Notes under the pieces: generated by a model
Told to the model about the DNA's origin: nothing
The model's database searches: none
The model's input: only the letters and a program-made list of their open reading frames with translations
From: Octopus sinensis
Taxonomy: Eukaryota
Assembly (NCBI RefSeq): GCF_006345805.1
Contig: NW_021834226.1
Coordinates: forward strand, 1-64,000
DNA length: 64,000 bases
Direction of reading: 5' to 3'
Position numbers and translations under genes: made by a program
Shown: one piece after another, positions 13,831 through 27,391 of the stretch
Numbering within the stretch: position 1 is the first letter of the stretch
How the letters are laid out: each line of letters opens with the position of its first letter

Positions 13831-14159
13831 TACCCCTCCCTCCGAAATATTCTACCTATTGCATGCTCAAGCTGCCCAAATGCTGGTCTCTGACTCCTTT
13901 ATTACAATGTAATTCTAAGAGTAAGCAATCGTACCATCGATGTCTTGAAGCTATGAGATAACGCGCAATCATCAAAGTTCCCGAGCTGGGGGTTCAATGG
14001 TTGCAAGTGTCCTTCATCAAATTTTAGAAAACTATTTCAATACTTACCTGAAAAACCTCATCGCCCAAACGAACGAGCGTAGAAATATATTTGGACCTAT
14101 TTGAAACATTAATTTTCTATTATTGGCGTTATCTGATTTGATTGTTGTACAAATGTTCT

Positions 14160-14725
14160 TTTCTCCTCTAGGTACAAGACTACCAGTGTTCAATTGGTAT
14201 TAATTTTATCGATCCCCTAAGAGGTTAAAGGCAAAGTCCTCCTCGGCGGTATTTAACCTCAGAACGTAAAGAGCCAGAAGAAATGTTGCTAGGCGTAGGA
14301 GTGGCTGTGTGGCAAGTAGCTTGCTTACGAACCACATGGTTCCGGGTTCAGACCCACTGCATGGCACTTTGGGCAAGTGTCTTCTGCTATAGCCTCGGGC
14401 CGACCGAAGTCTTGTGAGTGGATTTGGTAGACGTAAACTGAAAGAAGCCCGTAGAATATATGTATATATATATGTATGTGTGTGTCTGTGTTTGTCCCCC
14501 CCCCAACATCGCTTGACAACCGATGCTGGTGTGTTTACGTCCCCGTAACTTAGCGGTTCGGCAAGAGAGACCGATAGAATAAGTATTAGGATTACAAAGA
14601 ATAAGTGCTGGGGTTGATTCGTTCGACTAAAGGCGGTGCTCCAGCATGGCCATAGTCAAATGACTGAAACAAGTAAAAGAGAAGGTATTTTGTCCGGCGT
14701 GCTAACAGTTCTGCCAGCTAGTCAT
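14160..14725 (-). mobile_element. Degenerate SINE family A split by a family B insertion
   Basis: A sequence stops at GAAATGTTGCTAGG (~14293) and resumes at AGGTATTTTGTCCGGCGTGCTAAC (~14683). Confidence 0.75.
14290..14682 (+). mobile_element. SINE family B
   Basis: Full head-to-tail match to the family B consensus. Confidence 0.9.
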
Positions 14726-14914
14726 CTTTTTATTTTTAGTAGTAATGCAACCTAACAAGACAACATTGTTCAATATGACCTTTTTACAAAAATGGCTGTA
14801 GCTTTGGAGGAAGCTTAGCTATTTCTTCTAGCATGTTGACTGTCTAACGTTTTACTTCCACCTTAACTGTGTTTGCCGTTTCCCCGATTGAAACATTTGG
14901 TTTGAATATACATA

Positions 14915-15132
14915 TTTCTTTACTACCCACAAGGGGCTAAACACAGAGGGGACAAACAAGGACAGACAAATGGATTAAGTCAATAATATCGACCCCAGTG
15001 CGTAACTGGTACTTATTTAATCGACCCCGAAAGGATGAAGGCAAAGTCGACCTCGGCGGAATTTGAACCCAGAACGTAACAACAGACAAAATACCGCTAA
15101 GCATTTCGTCCGGCGTACCAGCTCGCCGCCTT
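14915..15132 (-). mobile_element. SINE family A
   Basis: Reverse-complement match to the family A consensus. Confidence 0.88.
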
Positions 15133-15419
15133 TGGTTTAAATATACAACATTCGACAAAACATTTACGTCTTCGAATTTCCATCCGTTACAAGTTAATGC
15201 CTTTAGTACATAGTAAAACCCAACCAATATTTAAACAAACTGCACCTAAAGACGATGTTTCTAAAATATTTCATCATTGTAAGCTATTGGCTAATTGGCC
15301 GTTCATTTTGTCTTGCCAGGCATCGAATTATTTTTCGTTAGTGAAGTAAATTTAAATTGTTTGGAAAGAAGTATTTTTCATTTAATCTCGATGCATTTAT
15401 TTAATTTAAAATTCTCTTC

Positions 15420-15990
15420 ACCTGTACTTATTTAATCGACCTCGAAAGAATGAAAGGCAAATCGACCCTGGCGATATTCGACCCCATAACTTAAAAAGGG
15501 ACGAAATACCTATTTCTTTATTACCCACAAGGGGCTAAACACAGAGGGGACAAACAAGGACAGACATAGGTATTAAGTCGATTACATCGACCCCAGTGCG
15601 TAACTGGTACTTAATTTATCGACCCCGAAAGGATGAAAGGCAAAGTCGACCTCGGCGGAATTTGAACTCAGAACGTAACGACAGACGAAATACCTATTTC
15701 TTTATTACCCACAAGGGGCTAAACACAGAGGGGACAAACAAGGACAGACATAGGTATTAAGTTGATTACATCGACCCCAGTGCGTAACTGGTACTTATTT
15801 AATCGACCCCGAAAGGATGAAAGGCAAAGTCGACCTCGGCGGAATTTGAACTCACAACGTAACGCAGACGAAATACCGCGAAGCATTTCGTCCGGCGCGC
15901 TAACGTTTCTACCAGCACGCCACCTTAAAGGGACGAAATACCGCTTGGCATTTTGTCCGGCGTGCTAAGGATTTTTTCAGTTTGACGCTT
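15420..15990 (-). mobile_element. SINE family A tandem array
   Basis: TATTTCTTTATTACCCACAAGG at ~15511 and ~15695 (184-bp spacing), with degenerate flanking pieces. Confidence 0.88.
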
Positions 15991-16308
15991 TATAAAGTCC
16001 TTAATATTCGTATGTAGTAATTAATTCGATCTGGCTGAATTTCTTCAGTATCTAAGCATTAATTAATTATATTATATTATCAAATTTTGGAAGGGAAGAG
16101 AGTGAGAAAGAAAGAGAGAGAGAGAGAGAGAGAAAGAGAGATAGAATGAGAGAGAGTGAGGCAGACAAAGAAAATAGAGATGGAGAGAGAAAGAGGGAGA
16201 GAAAGAAAGTGAATAGAAAAATATTTAGGCAAAGAAAAAGGAAGGAAAGATATATGTTGAGAGCATTTACTTAGAGCACATTTTTTATTTCTTCATAACT
16301 CATTAGAC

Positions 16309-16339
<31 letters not shown>

Positions 16340-16419
16340 GAGATGTGGAGAGAGTGAGAAAGAGCGAAGTAACTTCAATTTATTCATATGTTAGTCTGAG
16401 TGCAGGCATTAAATATTGG

Positions 16420-16640
16420 TTTCAAATTTCGGCACAAGGCCAGCAATTTCGGTAAAAGAGGCGGGGGGAAGTCAATTAGATTAACCCCAGTGCGTAACTG
16501 GTACTTATTTTATCGACCCCGAAAGGGTTAAAGGCAAAGTGGACTTCGGCGGAATTTGAACCCAGGACGTAACGGCGGAGAAAATGCCGCTAAGGATTTT
16601 TGCCCGGCGTGCTAACGATTCTGCCAGCCAGCTTCTCGCC
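16420..16640 (-). mobile_element. SINE family A variant (GGCACAAGGCC tail)
   Basis: Central domain and head match; the tail differs from that of the tandem-type copies. Confidence 0.8.
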
Positions 16641-17519
16641 TTGTGGGCATTAAATATTAGTACTCAATGTAAAAGTCTGAAACGCGACTTGTACGAGTAA
16701 TATTCTATAAATTCAATTATGTACATTAACCCTGAAATTCTAACTTGTCAGTCTTCTATTCTTTGCATTTTTCTTATGGAAATATAACACCTCACACTCT
16801 TTACAACAACACTTTGCTATTATTTTCGAAATAAGTTAAAATTTCCTCAACATCCACTCAACACCTCCGAAAGAACAAAAAACAAAAGAAAGCAAACAGA
16901 ACAACAACAACAACAACACCATACACCTGAATGGAATCAGAACCATAGCTTCAAAGTGTTATTATTGATTCCCAACGATGTCTTTTCACTCTGCGATAAA
17001 ATAACTAGACGTTGGTATCTTTTCAAATATCGCCTCCATTTAAAGCTGACGAAGAATTTGACGCGTAATCCTCAAGTTAGATTCCTGAAAAGAGATATTG
17101 TCTTTATCGAGCGCTCCGGCTATTGTCGTATTTCACACAAGGTAATAATATCTAATACAGAGCACAGTGGATTCCATTATCGTGCTACCAATGAAGCTAA
17201 CATATTAAAATGAAAGCTTCTATAAAGTAGACATATAGTCATTCAATGACAAGTAATATATCATTATAAAGCCTTTTTTTCTCCTGTTTTTTTTTTTTTA
17301 TAATTCTTTTTTTTCCCCTTCAGATATTCATTTCACACATTTACGTTTATAACCACAGGCAGCGTTAGCAGCGCCGTTAATAGAAATGGTAGTAGTTGTA
17401 GTACCACCTGCCTGCACAGTCGTCCAGTCGCGGCAACCGTCATCACAGCGCTGTCATCACAGTCCAGTAACTAACAAAGCCAATACCATTATCACTAAGT
17501 CGAGGGATTCTCTGTGTCT

Positions 17520-17669
17520 CCACTCCTCTTCCTCCTTCTCCTCATCGTCTTTCTCCCCCTCCTCTTCCTCCTCCTCATCGTCGTCGTCTTCCTCCTCCTT
17601 ACTCCGACCACCTGATAACCAATAAAACTAATGCCATTACCACTACGACAAGGTTCTCTCTAATATCAC

Positions 17670-17716
<47 letters not shown>

Positions 17717-18069
17717 ACATCCTACTCCTCCTCATCATCATCATCGTAGTCATTATTCTCCACCCCATCATCATCATCATCATCATCATATGGCTACCGC
17801 CGCAGCGACCAACTAATAACAAAAAAAACAACAAAACAGTAATTACCAATCATCATTATCACCATTGTTTGCATTTCTTGATGCAATTGTTTAACATTTT
17901 AAACTAATTAACTAATCGATTATTTGATTAATCAGACAATCTATTAGTTAATTGGTTAAATGGCCAACCACTTGAACAACGACAACAACGACAACAACGA
18001 CAACAACAACAACAACAACACAACAACAACAACAACAAAACAACAACAACAAACAACAACAACAACAAC

Positions 18070-18104
<35 letters not shown>

Positions 18105-18125
18105 TGATAATAATGATGATGATGA
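17520..18125. repeat. Compound trinucleotide repeats (TCC/TCG, CAT, CAA, AAT)
   Basis: Directly visible. Confidence 0.9.
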
Positions 18126-18684
18126 TAAGTACCCTAATGCAGTACCAGACAGTGGCTCACATGGCTTCTGATCTTAACTGATTGGAAGTGTTATCATGTA
18201 CGTTGTTTTGTCTTGGTATAAAAGATGGGCTACAGCAAATATTCTGTTCAATACCACAGATTTGCTTGTCAGTTGTTTGACCTTAATCAGGTGATCATGT
18301 CTCTTAGTGGCTGACGATATGTGCATCTCTGATCACGAACATAAGTAGTGGGGGAGTATCATAGCCATGTGTTGAGAGGGATTCTTTGGGGTTTGAATAA
18401 TTCACCTCTGGAAACATGGGTGGTTCTTTCAACATCCTTAAACAATCCTTAGTCAAGGACCTTTTGAGCGGGATGGGCTACTCGACAAGAAGAAAATTCT
18501 AACTGTGCCCCACCTGCAAGGTCATGAGCTGTTTATCTTGATGTGAGATCACCATGTTGCGCGCATATGGTTGTGATGCATGTGCCTGGTGTACCCTTAT
18601 CAGACGGGTAGTCATGATGGGTATACTGGGCTTCGTATATTTTACCCTAGTGTCACATTGATGGCATGCACTGTTGTCTCACTC

Positions 18685-18751
18685 AATAATAATGATGATG
18701 ATGATGATAATAATAATAATAATAATAATAACGATAATAACAATAATAATA

Positions 18752-18810
<59 letters not shown>

Positions 18811-18942
18811 CCTTTCTACTGTAGGCACAAGGTCTGAAATTTGGGGACAAGGGATTGAGTCGATTACATCGACCCCAGTGTGTAATTTAATCGACTCGAA
18901 ATGCTGAAAGGCAAAGTCGAGCTCGGCGCCTTAATGATAATG

Positions 18943-19008
<66 letters not shown>
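18685..19008. repeat. (AAT)n tracts flanking a partial family A SINE
   Basis: Directly visible; A fragment at ~18818-18930. Confidence 0.85.
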
Positions 19009-19011
<3 letters not shown>

Positions 19012-19864
19012 CCTGAAATAGAAGCAATGAGCGAAGACCCTCTTGAGATACAACAAAATATGTTTTAATACACGAATTTACACGAAGAATCTTGCAACCA
19101 AAATACCAAAACGTGATATTTGAGCAATATTTTATTAAATGACTTTAGAGTAAATTCTATAAACAGAACGAATTTTCAGAGCAAGCATTCAAACATGTGG
19201 AATAGAATCACAGATACAGCTAATACTAAACCTTTAACATGTTCTTTGAATTGGCGATTTCTTTGAATGTCGAACGAAGTGAGGAGGAAAAAAACCACAG
19301 AATCTACGCAACATAGAGGTTTTATCATTAATCCTTCCAATTATTGCAGATCTTTGTAATTAACCGACTTCAAAGACTTTTCACAAAGTTAATGATTTCC
19401 ACACGCATCATATTCACTGCTGGCTCTATACCATAATTACACTGTATTTTAAATCGAACAGTAAATTAGAGGATATTTCTCCAATGGAGACTGATATATT
19501 TGAAAATATAGGTTGTCAAAAATATTATGATACGCTGCTCAAGCTCAACAGATTTCTGTTGATTTGCAGGGAGAAGGTTAAATAAAATATGTATATATAT
19601 AATTTAGTAATGATATATAGTATTAAGCGAACTGAGGAGTTATACAGTTCATGAAGTGCTTTTATGGGTAATCACTTTGTTGAGAGCATTCTAGCCTGAT
19701 CTCCGGTCAGAGGTTAATTTCTTCTCTCATCACTCACAAAGGCTCTAAACTGAAAAGAGTCATAATTAATGGCGGCTACCCTTCCTCTTCCGGTGAAGCA
19801 AATGAAAATCATTACAATCCTCATTATTAAATGTATTGATCAGCAACATCTTTGTTTAGCATCT

Positions 19865-20115
19865 ATTCTTTTCTTTTTTCTTCTCTAGTTTCAGCTCAGA
19901 GCTGTGGCCATGCTGATGCACCGCCGTTTTGTTATACTGTTATTACTAAGAGCCTCCTCTAATATGTGGCACTTGGTGAAGCATGGAGTTTGATATAGCT
20001 ACCCTCATTTGCACTCTTGCCGTGAGGTAGGTTCATCTGGGACTCTCGATAGGAAGCGGTACAGCTTTGATTTAAAAACCCCTACATCTACTTTGTGCAA
20101 GTTTCTCAGACTCTA
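19865..20115 (-). mobile_element. 3' end of a CR1/L2-group (Crack/Daphne-like) LINE
   Basis: Minus strand SLRNLHKVDVGVFKSKLYRFLSRVPDEPTSRQE then (frameshift) MRVAISNSMLHQ, typical of this LINE C-terminus, followed by a short 3' UTR with a hairpin and an (AAAAG)-rich end. Confidence 0.8.
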
Positions 20116-20207
20116 TGTGTAAAATGGGTACTGTATTGATGTTGGGATTATCGGAGTAAGTCGAGGAGTAATGTATAATTAAGAGAAATGATTTACCCGC
20201 TATATTG

Positions 20208-20274
<67 letters not shown>

Positions 20275-20751
20275 CTCTGTATCCTAGTGTCTCCAAACGT
20301 AAACGAAGTATTCGTGATCTACCACCACCAACATGAGAGTTAATGACACTAAATGTATTATGCTTACAGAGGAGTCGATGACGCTTGTATAATTTTAGAC
20401 AAAAGCATTGTAGACAGAAACTATTTTTGATTTTCAGACTCACACAATTTTATAAGTATCATTATTTTTCAAAAATGAACCAATGAATCTGTGCTTTATG
20501 ATGAGCCAAGGAATGTAATTAAAGAAATACTTCCATGACTGCGATAATCTACCAAACAAAGAACCATTTTTATCAGAGATGTTTGCGTTTGTCCATTAAG
20601 AATATCAAAATGATAATTTCATGATTTCCGTACCACGGTGTTCCGTAATTACTATAATCTATCAAAGAGGAACGTAAAAGGTACAGTACAGTTTGATGAC
20701 TGCTATTGATTACCAAATAAGAATCGCATTAAGAATCACAAATAAGAATCA

Positions 20752-20916
20752 CAGGCGCAGGAGTGGCTGTGTGGTAAGTAGCTTGCTTGCCAACCACATG
20801 GCTACGGGTTCAGTCCCACTGCATGGCACCTTGGGCAAGTGTCTTCTACTATAGCCTCGGGCAGACCAAAGCCTTGTGAGTAGATTTGGTAGACGGAAAC
20901 TGAAAGAATCCCGTCG

Positions 20917-20971
<55 letters not shown>

Positions 20972-21135
20972 TGTGTATGTTTGTATGTCTATGATTGTCC
21001 CCAACGTCGCTTGACAACCGATGCTGGTGTGTTTACGTCCCCGTAACTTAGCGGCTCGACAAAAGCGAATGATAGAATAAGTACTAGGCTTACAAAGAAT
21101 AAGTCCTAGGGTCAAATGACTGAAACACTTAAAAG
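20752..21135 (+). mobile_element. SINE family B
   Basis: Consensus match, with a deletion in the tail. Confidence 0.88.
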
Positions 21136-21219
21136 AATTATGATGATTCCAACATTCCTATTTCTTACCCAAGAATAATCACAAAGTTATTGTTCCAACG
21201 TTAATATCGATTCCAAACG

Positions 21220-21605
21220 TTGGCACAAGGCCAGCAATTTCGAAGAAGGTGGTAAATCGATAACATCAATCCTAGTACTCAACTGGTTTTTATGTTATCG
21301 ACCCCGAAAGGAGAAAGGCAAAGTCAACCTCTGCGGAATTTGAACTCAGAACGTAGCGGCAGACGAAATACCTATTTCTCTACTACCCACAAGGGGCTAA
21401 GCACAGAGAGGACGAAAAAGGACAGACAAACGGATTAAGTCGATTATATCGACCCCAGTGCGTAACTGATACTTAATTTATCGACCCCGAAAGGATGAAA
21501 GGCAAAGTCGACCTCGGCGGAATTTGAGCTTAGAACGTAAAGACGGACGAAATACCGCTAAGCGTTTTGCACGGAGTAACAACGATTCCACTAGCTCGAT
21601 GCCTT
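21220..21605 (-). mobile_element. SINE family A, two tandem units
   Basis: Consensus match. Confidence 0.85.
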
Positions 21606-22085
21606 TGTTCCAACGTTATTATCAAATAGTAACTACAATACCATAGTTCTAAGACTAATATTTTACTAACGAACAACCCCACTAAATGAGAATTAAGTGG
21701 TTGTTGTCAGACACTAAACAAGAACTACAGCATGAAAGTTTGAAGATTCTAATCATTTTCCAGCGAGAAACCACTATCTGAGAATTCCAAGATTATCATC
21801 TACCAAACAAGAATTCTATCATAAGAGTTTTATGGCAGTTATCATTAAGAAACGAAGATCTATTGAGAACTTTAAAGTTGTTATCATCTACCAAATAGGA
21901 GCTATAGTATCAATTTTCTGAGATTGTAATCATTTACCAAAAGAAAAAAAAAAAGAGCCATTCAGTGATAATTCTTCCAACATACAGGAATTATATTATG
22001 AGATTTCTAAGATTATCATTCATCAAAAAAGCATCAGGAAGTGAATATTCCAAAGATGTCATCCACCAAAACAGAAACTCGTATA

Positions 22086-22282
22086 CGAGGGAGTGCTGAA
22101 AAGTTCCTGGCTTTGAGGGTATCGCAGAAGATCTGGCTGGAAGCCCAACCTTCCCAGTTCTTTTACAGACCTTAGAAAAATTGAAGGATCGCTGCAATAA
22201 GTGTGTGAATCTGAGAGGGAGATATGTTGAATAAAATCATAATTAACTAACCCAAAACCAGGAACTTTTCAACACCCCCTCG
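22086..22282 (+). mobile_element. Mariner-derived MITE
   Basis: TIRs CGAGGGAGTGCTGAAAAGTTCCTGG / CCAGGAACTTTTCAACACCCCCTCG, TA on both sides; the interior encodes LEKLKDRCNKCVNLRGRYVE*, like a mariner C-terminus. Confidence 0.9.
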
Positions 22283-22629
22283 TATTATGAGAATTCCAAA
22301 TTTCTATCCATTTAACAATAAAGGAGCCCTAAGGGAATATTCCAAGTTTCTCATCCTCTAAAGCGGGACTACAATACGAAAGTTTCTAGATTGCTATCAT
22401 TTAACCAGTGAAATGTCGTAGCTTATAATAGAAGTTTGATAACTATATGAAAGTGTGGTTAATTGTTGCATTTGATCAATTTGTGGTCAAAACAATGACT
22501 TAGTAGGGAGAAAGCTAAATGAAATAATGATTTTCTATTTAAAAATAATTAAAAAATAAATGTAAAGTAACTATTTTAAGTTTCACGACATTCGAATTAA
22601 TGTGGCGAATACAATGCGTGTCAGGGATG

Positions 22630-22895
<266 letters not shown>

Positions 22896-24834
22896 ATGAG
22901 CGATTAAACGAAAGCGATCCCCAGGTAATGGAAACCGCATCGCCAGTACAGATTATAGAGGAGCTTATCATAATATTGTCGTGGTACAGCTCATAAATCA
23001 TTGAGAACAATGGTTGGTATTAAATCATATTGAATTTGCAGAAAACTTCAGAGCAAAACTTTTGATCATTCAAAAGAAAACATTCCTTGTCATTTAGTAA
23101 ATTTCTGGTGTATTTAAACAATAATAAATTTATAGTAATCAACATATTCCATCGTATTTCATTTTACTGCGTCGTTTATCTATTTTGTATCTGTCAATAA
23201 ATGAATCATTTATTAGTTACAAAATATTGATTCGAAGTCTAGAAACTTTTCTGATGAAAAGACTTGCTGTCATTGCTCCTTCTTATATATTATGCGTGAC
23301 AGGTTTCTTTCACCTTGTTGCATATTTCAAACAAATTTTTCCTAAATTATCTTCACGTTTCACACGAATTCTTCAACGAGGAATTTATTAATTGCAAAGT
23401 TAAAGCTGCGGCTCAACTTCGCATTGTGTGTTGCGACTCATCTTATCATTGTGTGTTGCGAAGGCAGTGGGCGGATTTTGCAAGATAAGAACGAAAATAT
23501 TGATATTACAGGTATTTAACAGCATTGAGAGATAAGTATGAAGACAACGAGAGTTGAAGTCAAAACAGTGAGGTAGTAAGTTAGGAACATGTAACCACTT
23601 CATCCTTCTACTAACTTACCTCATACCATGATTCTTGAAATATATATTTATTTCAGACAGAAGATAATGAAGTGATAGAAATGGTTAACCCTGGACGCTT
23701 TGAGTTCAATTCTTGCTGGAACTTGATGCTGATTGTAAATCTTCTTGGATCGAGAATATATTTACCACATATACTCTATTTATAGCTTCATCTTTACATA
23801 AAAACTAGAAAATCAATATTTCTAAAATGGATAAGAGCAAGGAATATTATAGAATAAAGGAATGAAATTTTGTGAAGTTTAAGCCATTTAAAAGGTTTGC
23901 TTTATTGTCGAAAGTAATTAAATCAAGCTTCAAACTGAATTCAAAACAAGCACTGAGCTTCGTTTAGCGGTTGCTCTTATTTTAAGCTTAGACTCTCTAG
24001 GACATGCAGGGACAGCTTTTATCGAGAAGCGGGCAGCATGACACATCGTCAGGCAAGCCATACTACTAAAAATATTCAAGATAATTTTTCAGTAGCAGAA
24101 AGTCCAGCGGATCACAGTTTGCCTATGATTGCTTTAAGACCTATGTCTGTCTGGTTTGATTATGTTTCTGCACCCAGAAGTGCGACTGATGAAGCGGATG
24201 TCAGTTATGAAGAGGGTAAAACTGATTTTTATTATGATGGTGATAAGTGGAAACTTGAATTTGTTTATTCACTAGGAACATTTGCAAATGGAACACAATG
24301 GCCTATTTTGATGTATATATGTATAACGATGGTTTAGTATGCGTATATACTGTTGTGAAATATTAAAATTTTTAATGTATTAATTGTATTAATCAAATTA
24401 TATTTCATATATAATTAATGACAATATGTAGTTTGAATCTGCTCTTCGATTTAAGGTTTTTCCTCGATTTTTATAATTTATAATTTATATCGGATTCATT
24501 TATTTTGTTTATTTTGTTTATCGCATGCTTAAGACCGTTGATTGAAAGGACCAATGAAACAAATCCATTTTCAAAGGTGTATCCTTTAACTAGTTTTGAT
24601 CATATTGTTATTTCTGTTCTATTTCAACAAAACTGTCCGACGAACGGGAACGTGAAACTCAGAGTAACAGCTTTTGTTATATTTCTGCTGCTTTTAAATA
24701 AAGCATATTACTCTACCTCTGGTATTTGAGTACTCTTTTTTCCACCTTGTTTCACATTTATGTGCTTATATATATATATAAAATACATATTTATTTACAT
24801 GGAGCATACATTCATGCATACATACATACAAACA

Positions 24835-25202
24835 TATAAATATACATAAATGATTATTTCTGTCTGTCTGTTACCATCTCATTGCCTAAACCAGCGAATT
24901 AATTTCACGAAAGTTTGTATATATGTTAAACTACGATCTGGTTCAATTATAAGCTAATCAGAATTCCATAAAAATCACTAATGGGCCCGCTACGGGGGTT
25001 GGGCTATTATATGATAAAATGAGAAGGGTGCAAAAGTGTTAGGTTGAGGGAAATGTGGTGCCATAATCAGGGCGGCTGATATCAGGGAAGGGGAGGAGAT
25101 AGGAAGAGACAAAGAGACAAGGTATGTGAGAGACAGAGAGGACAGGGAATGTGAGTGACAGAGAGACACAGAAACAGAGAGGGAGAGAGAGAGAGAGAGA
25201 AG

Positions 25203-25239
<37 letters not shown>

Positions 25240-26007
25240 ATGTGTTTACTGAATTTTTACCTACCAGTTAACGCATACACTTTAGTCAATTAACTATCGT
25301 ATGCTCAGTCAAAACTTTTACAATAACAACAGATGTAAAAGTAATAATTAAAAGGTAAAGTGTTTTATATTTGTTTTCCAATCACTGTATTAAGAGTTAT
25401 TAAAACTTCACCAACGTACTGAAACAATAAAACTATATTCATGAAGATGATGTCTTCCATTATCTTCATGAATAGCCTGTCGCTGTCGGGCAATTTTTAC
25501 TATAGAATGTATTATATTATAAATTTCTGTGTATTCTATGTCAGACAATGCCTTCCCCGACAGATAGGCCTCTGAACCTGTTTTTTTCCTATGGCCAACT
25601 GTATGTAGGATGTTCAAGAGTCGGCCATTCAAATCATTTGTTTATTTATGCTCCAAAGGGCAAGGCCAGAAATGCAGTGTATAAAGAGGGTCTGCAAAAT
25701 TGATAATAATCAACCATCAATCGTTTCATAGTAGCACATCTTCAATCCTCTCATCCTTTCAACCATCCACCAATTCCAACTTTGATATTATCTTACCATT
25801 ACAATCGATCAATTTTATGATTCAACTGTATTACTTGCCAGTATTTGTAAATCTATCCCACCGTGTCACCGTGTATTTGTAAATCTATTTGTGATTTAAA
25901 CAGGAACTGAACAGAGAACCGTATAGGACATGAAACAGTGTAATGGGAACGGGAACTGAACTGGAAATAATCCCGCTTTTCCGGGTATTATCGGATAATT
26001 TAGCCAG
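24835..26007 (+). mobile_element. Helitron deletion derivative with a Pif1-helicase remnant
   Basis: 5' TCTGTCTGTCTG block; internal FMNSLSLSG (~25467) and YGQLYVGCSRVGHSNHLFIYAPKGKARNAVYKEGLQN* (25590-25703); 3' hairpin CCCG-CTTTTC-CGGG then ...GCCAGT. Confidence 0.8.
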
Positions 26008-27156
26008 TATACACACACACATATACACACACATACACATACACACACGTTTGTGTACACATTCATATACTCATAGATACATACATATATATATACACAC
26101 ATTCATGCTCACGTACTAACACATACACACATACACACACATACATATACATACATATATATACATACTTATGCATTCAGAGTGTAGAGTATAGATACCT
26201 TCATAAAAACATAAAGCTATGGTATAATCTTATTGGCTTTGTTCATTTAGACCTACCCCCAAAATACCCTGTTGTTGATGTTGAAATCCCAGTGAAGGAG
26301 CCTTGGATCTAGGTTAGAAACCGGTTCTTTCTCTATTTGCAAGAAATCTTGAAATGAAACTGAATAATGACATCCATCCATCCATCCATCCATACATACA
26401 TCCATCCATCCATACATACATACATATTCTTTTATTTTGCTCTAATGTGCATATATGTGTATATACATGCATATATCTATCCAAACTTTGCTCTCACGAA
26501 TCCGCTCCTTTTTCATGCAAATCCACCAATAATTTTCCAATTACGCTCTTGTGTAAGACTTTATCTATATCTCTGCATTCAGAGTATGTAGTATAGATAC
26601 CCGCATAACAGATAAAGCTATGGTGTAACCTTATTGGATTTGTTCATTTAGACCTACCCCTATCTATACATCGTGATATGTTCGTACGTTTACTAATGCT
26701 ACTACTGATATCTATGTTATATTATGTTTATTCTGTGACTACTTTCTGCAGGTACATGTAATATCATTACGTTATGGTTAGATAAATCACTTCTGTAGCT
26801 ACTTCCCTTTTAAACAAACAACTACACACATAGCCCAGTTATGTATAGGATAATAAAATTTATATGCAAACAACAATATAAACACATTAGTGATTATAAT
26901 GAAACATTATATTTACATTTTTGAGTATGTAAAGTATGTAAAGGATTGATATAACTAAATAATCATACATACATGGATTATTAATAAATCACATAATTTA
27001 GATAAACAAGGATAAAATCATACCAATAACGATAATAAACAAACATTAATTACATTTTTGAGTAAATAAGGGATTGATATATTTAATATCACAATTTCAA
27101 AATTCCAGTAAAAGATCGTTATATATACAAATATGTATACACATAATACCTAAATA

Positions 27157-27385
27157 CGAGGTACGTTCAAAAAGTATCCGATTTTATTTTTCTCGCCAAA
27201 ACTAATACAGCGTGGGCAAAATCCTTTGGGTTGGAGTTGATGCTACCTTTCCTGCGCACAGACAAGAGTTTTCGCGCCGATAGGCCGCGTCAGTAGTTGG
27301 CTGTTATGACTAGAGTGCAGACGTGTAGAGCGCACAGTCCAGCCTGTCGTGTGCGATTTCTATGCAGAGTTGGTTCTGCTGCCCT
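27157..27385 (+). mobile_element. Left end of a mariner-like element
   Basis: TA followed by CGAGGTACGTTCAAAAAGTATCCG, a mariner-type TIR; no partner TIR found. Confidence 0.55.
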
Positions 27386-27391
27386 GCCAGT

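Larger units (their letters stand above)
20540..22430. repeat. Decayed ~45-bp minisatellite interrupted by SINE B, SINE A and a mariner MITE
   Basis: Recurrent GAGAATTCCAAGATTATCATCTACCAAA-like motif, clearest at 21650-22080 and 22285-22430. Confidence 0.6.

Noticed and set aside
18133-18682. GC-richer ~550-bp block between triplet repeats, probably an interspersed repeat
   Set aside because: Single copy in the window and no diagnostic motif, so its class cannot be supported.
26170-26660. ~90-bp direct duplication (26175 and 26575)
   Set aside because: Real, but most simply a local duplication around a microsatellite; no further structure.
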